A DNA stretch of 63,990 nucleotides, counting the filler, from Malassezia furfur (lineage: Eukaryota): assembly GCA_052055015.1 (NCBI GenBank). It is 4 parts of 4 records of this genome, joined end to end, with 100 filler letters (N's around TTAATTAATTAA, not from the genome) between each part and the next. Parts side by side here need not be neighbours in the genome. Positions count along the whole stretch, not along the records: positions 50,644 to 63,990 come from JBQJIT010000320.1; 3 more parts are not named here. The stretch is one strand, 5' to 3'. A program made the position numbers and the translations under genes. Each line of letters starts with the position of its first letter. Within the stretch, counting starts at the first letter, position 1. The notes below the pieces were generated by a model. The model worked only from the letters and a program-made list of their open reading frames with translations. It ran no database searches and was not told where the DNA came from. Positions 60,631 through 63,990 of the stretch are shown here, piece by piece.

Positions 60631-61138
60631 ATGGTGAAGTTTTACGATTTGAAGGCGGCGCTGCCGAAGGGCCAGACCTATGATTTCAGCCAGCTGCACA
60701 ACAAAGTTGTGCTGATTGTGAACACGGCTAGCAAGTAAGTTTGAAACTACTAATCGCAGGTGTGGTTTCACCCCGCAATTCGAGGGTCTGGAGAAGCTGT
60801 ACAAGGATTACAAGGACCAGGGCTTCACGATTCTTGGCTTCCCTTGCAACCAGTTTGCTCACCAGGACCCCGAGAACGATGACGGAATCTCCAACTTCTG
60901 CATGGTGAACTATGGCGTGAGCTTCCCGATTATGGCCAAGTCGGATGTGAACGGTGCGAATGCGAACGAGGTATTCAAGTTCCTGAAGCACGAGAAGCCG
61001 GGCATGCTGGGCCTCGAGGCAATCAAGTGGAACTTCACCAAGTTCTTGGTGGACAAGGAGGGCAACGTCGTCTCGCGCTACTCGCCGACGACGAAGCCCG
61101 AGTCGATCGCAGCCGACATTGAAAAGCTACTGAAGTAA
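60631..61138 (+). CDS. Cys-type glutathione peroxidase (Hyr1/Gpx3-like), 1 intron
   Basis: VNTASK|CGFTPQ, LGFPCNQF, KWNFTKFLV. Confidence 0.95.
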
Positions 61139-61147
61139 TTAAGTACA

Positions 61148-61455
61148 TCAAGACTTCTTGTCCCATTGTCGAGATAGGTTTTGAAGTAAAGACTCGATTG
61201 GGGATACAGAGTTGGAGGGCGTTGTGTTCAGGCTCTGTAGCCGTGGTTTGCCTGCGTGAGTGGTTCACGTACCTCCTTCTTCCTGGATCTTGGAAGCGAT
61301 ATATTCACGTTTCCGTGTCCGGTTGTACGACTTGATCAGAAATACACTCGAGAACATAGAGATCGTCATGAACGTCCACCTTATGTTAGGCAAGAAGAAA
61401 CATACAAGGCATACATTCGCCCTGGCGACCATTTGGTAGTCTTGGCCTGCTGCAT
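61148..61455 (-). CDS. 86-aa single-TM small protein (possibly DUF4748-like); introns 61380-61405 and 61252-61272
   Basis: Two canonical micro-introns give an intact frame, MQQAKTTKWSPGRMYALWTFMTISMFSSVFLIKSYNRTRKRE...WDKKS*. Confidence 0.65.
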
Positions 61456-61523
61456 TTCGCGTGGAGGCAGACGCAAAACTACGTCTCCGCGTACGGTGCC
61501 ATTTTTTTGCGCACGGGGCAAAT

Positions 61524-62478
61524 ATGGAGTCCCAAGGTTACGAGGAGCTAGTGCTTCTCCAAGCAAGTCTAACAGACGCCGAATTCCAATGGCGTGGTAC
61601 TGCGGATGAGATAGATGCATGGAAGTCAAAACTGGCTGCCTTTGAGCGTGGAGAATGCCTCACTCCGGACACCATGCATTTCTCGCTGCAGGTAAGCGAG
61701 ACCTTGGGAATCTGGATGAACGTTTCTTTGGAGACTGGGAGTCATGAAGACGCTTTTCCCGGGATTACCATGGTCAGCTCAAGTGATGTCGTGCCGCTTG
61801 ACAAACTCAACGAGCTCGTCGACCAGCGGCGCTCTGAGTTGAGCAGCGAGAGTACGTGTATATAATGACCCAGATCTCCCCAACCCGGTCTTCGACATAT
61901 ACACAGCTCTTCGGGAGTATGTGTTTCCATTTGAAGAGGGATACCAGTCACATTCATCTGAAACATTAATCTCTGAGAAGAAACCGCCGAAACATCTTAT
62001 TATGAAACGAGTCATTTTCTGGTCTCATCATCTTGTTGCGCCATCGAAGCGGAAACAATTTGCGGCGTGGTGCCCAGAACTCCAAGTATGGGGCCTTTTG
62101 AAGTTGGGATACCCAGGCTTTCTTCTTTTCGAAGGTGAGGCAGAGGATATCGATGATATGGTCCGCCGCGTAAAGGTACGCTGCTCTCTTGACACAGAAC
62201 ATGCAATGGCATGCCATCTCTATGCGAGTCGAAGTCACCTGGTCTTTTGAGAGCCAAAATAAACCTGAAGATATTCACACACAGGCGCTTCGTTCATGTG
62301 CACTGGCTGCAGGGCGCTCGGTGGTCGAGGGGCCCAAGCTTCGCACAGATTGCCAAGAAGTGCAAGACATGGGCCAGTTTGTTGCTACGTACGTTGCATC
62401 GGCTTATACAGACTGCGCCGGCTTTCATTACCTGAGGAGGAGATTGTCGATGCTTGCCATTTACGCAAGACGCAGTAG
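61524..62478 (+). CDS. RWD/DUF1115 domain protein, 3 introns
   Basis: RVIFWSHHLVAPSKRK..WGLLKLGYPGFLLFEGE..VRRVK|NMQWHA. Confidence 0.8.
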
Positions 62479-63045
62479 CAAAAAATTGGGCGCGTATGCA
62501 CCTGCACGGACCCTGCGTGCGCGCGAGGCGGGCCAAGACCCTTGTATAGCGAAGCAAAAACTTCATTGGGCTATACCGCACGACGCATGACCGGCATGTG
62601 CCCGAGGGCACAAAACAAGCCCCCATATGGCCTTTGCTCTTCACTTTCATTGAATAAGCTCCGGACGGTACCAAGGAAGGAAGAGCACAGGAAACAGAAT
62701 ACCATTTACACCCGGAGCTGCTCTCGAAAGAGACTTCACGCAAGAGTCTTCGGCACAAATTGTCCCTCAACTTGCGGACAGAAACACACAGTGAGAATGC
62801 AAGTCATACTTGCCTGTTTGACGACAACGCCGTTTCTGCTTGAATTGTCATGTTAGGATTACCAAGTGACTACATCGCTGGGATCCGAGTCGCTAGCGCA
62901 GCGCTAGATATACCAGCGCATCAATAGATCAATCTACCATCTCAGGTGACGAATATGCCACCGAGAACGAGTAGGACGTGCGACTGCGTCTCCAGGAGAC
63001 CAACGTGCAGGGTGTCCAAAGGCCAATGTGGGGGCTTGTCGTGAA
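62475..63045 (-). ncRNA. TER: Candidate telomerase RNA (ends approximate)
   Basis: In order 5'->3': enclosing helix 63017-39/62615-36, template UAAUCCUAA 62853-61, pseudoknot 62635-62719, P5/P6/P6.1-like junction 62514-62587, Sm site AAUUUUUUG 62479-87. Confidence 0.75.
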
Positions 63046-63065
63046 ACTACGATTCCGCTTAGTCA

Positions 63066-63856
63066 TCAGCACAACGCCTCGAGTGCTTGGTGCGTGCGCG
63101 CTTGCGACTCGCGCTGGGTGAGTGAGCCACGTACAATCAAGCGCGAGATGTTCTTAAACTGCGGATGATCGGCGCTTCCTGGCATTAGATGGAGGCATAC
63201 CTAGCAGCTGAAATAGAATGGATTCCGAGGTTGCAATGTCGGCGCCTGCCTCGCGCATGGCCTGCATGAGCGGACGGCGTACCTGCACTGCAATGTTCAC
63301 CTCCTTCCCATTGCACGAGCTAATTCCGTCACGGACAACGTGGATGCGCGCTCCCTTCTGGGAAAGGTCCTGTACGGTCTGTAAGACGCAGAAGTGGGCT
63401 TCAATCCCGCAAAGAATAAACTCGACGTCTTGGTAGGAATGACCCTTCCCCGTTGCGTTCCTCAGCATATCGAGCAATCGGCTTCCATGTGCCATACTAA
63501 ACTCACGTTTCGGCTCGATGGCATGCTGCGAAACTGACTTGATCTCGGAGGCCAATTGGGGTACTGTGGATCCCAGACCTGGGTTAACGAGCGGCGTACC
63601 TTGCGGGTACTGTTCGGTAGCAAGCACTGGCATTCCTAGGTACCCTGCCGCTTTGGTGAGTTTGACAGTTGTTGCGACCACATCGTCAAACTTGTGGATC
63701 GCATGACTTGGTCAGTGGGATTGCATACGCGAACTAGGTGAGCAGTGTCACCTACGCGTTCCTGTATATCGCTGCATCAGCGGCTCAAACCTACCATACC
63801 AGCAGCACAGCCGGCTTCGAGAACGGCAGCGCACGGTGCACTGCGGAGGCTGTCAT
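63066..63856 (-). CDS. Isochorismatase-domain protein (ISOC-like), seven 21-23 nt introns
   Basis: VCDIQERF, TEQYPQGLGSTV, K.EFSM, GIEAHFCVLQT, TSESILFQL. Confidence 0.9.
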
Positions 63857-63919
63857 GGTTTGGGGAAGTTGCACGTGGTACGTGACTACCGATTAATTAC
63901 GTCTACGAAACGGTCACGT

Positions 63920-63990
63920 TTACTCGTAGATCCACTCGTCCGCCGAGCGCTTGTAGTCGATCGTAGCGCTCTGCTCGCCGAACCACAGGG
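63920..63990 (-). CDS. 3' end of an unidentified gene at the window edge
   Basis: Open frame LWFGEQSATIDYKRSADEWIYE*. Confidence 0.4.
   Translation of the reverse strand, partial: LWFGEQSATIDYKRSADEWIYE

Noticed and set aside
60730..60770. Selenocysteine in the glutathione peroxidase
   Set aside because: The active-site codon is TGT (Cys) once the intron is removed
62542..62856. 104-aa and 158-aa ORFs over the TER candidate
   Set aside because: No protein motifs or typical codon bias; RNA structure explains the sequence better
63057..63068. TGA-CTA readthrough context giving a cryptic peroxisomal extension of ISOC
   Set aside because: The context is a double stop (TGA TGA CTA), and the downstream frame does not end in a PTS1
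58500..63990. Lower-GC right end as horizontal transfer or a centromere
   Set aside because: The genes are ordinary intron-containing fungal genes, and the GC drop is modest with no AT-rich core

Overview
Eukaryotic, GC-rich and extremely gene-dense fungal DNA. The basidiomycete-type proteins, 21-35 nt GT-AG introns and intergenic gaps often under 100 bp best fit a Malassezia-like yeast (inference). The window is four contigs joined by 100-bp N44-TTAATTAATTAA-N44 linkers, so adjacency across the linkers means nothing. About 48 protein-coding genes or gene fragments can be reconstructed, mostly housekeeping (LAMMER kinase, UBI-RPS31, Y14, THOC1, SDH1, UBC9, tropomyosin, UBA3, DYS1, GPI8, VMA16, ELC1, TSC13, UBP8, GPI2, SFP1, GLO1, TyrRS, SMC6, ARG3, GPX and others). 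Many are broken by micro-introns that the ORF track misses. The main find is a ~570-nt minus-strand non-coding segment (~62475-63045) with the ordered architecture of a telomerase RNA: enclosing helix, a UAAUCCUAA template (predicting a TTAGGA repeat), an H-type pseudoknot, a CR4/5-like three-way junction and a terminal Sm site. It starts 26 nt after the stop codon of an isochorismatase-like gene, which suggests processing from an mRNA 3' region. A second, unidentified ~500-nt structured RNA candidate (9376-9871) begins 2 nt after the MIC19 stop. All RNA pairings were found by eye and were not computed.
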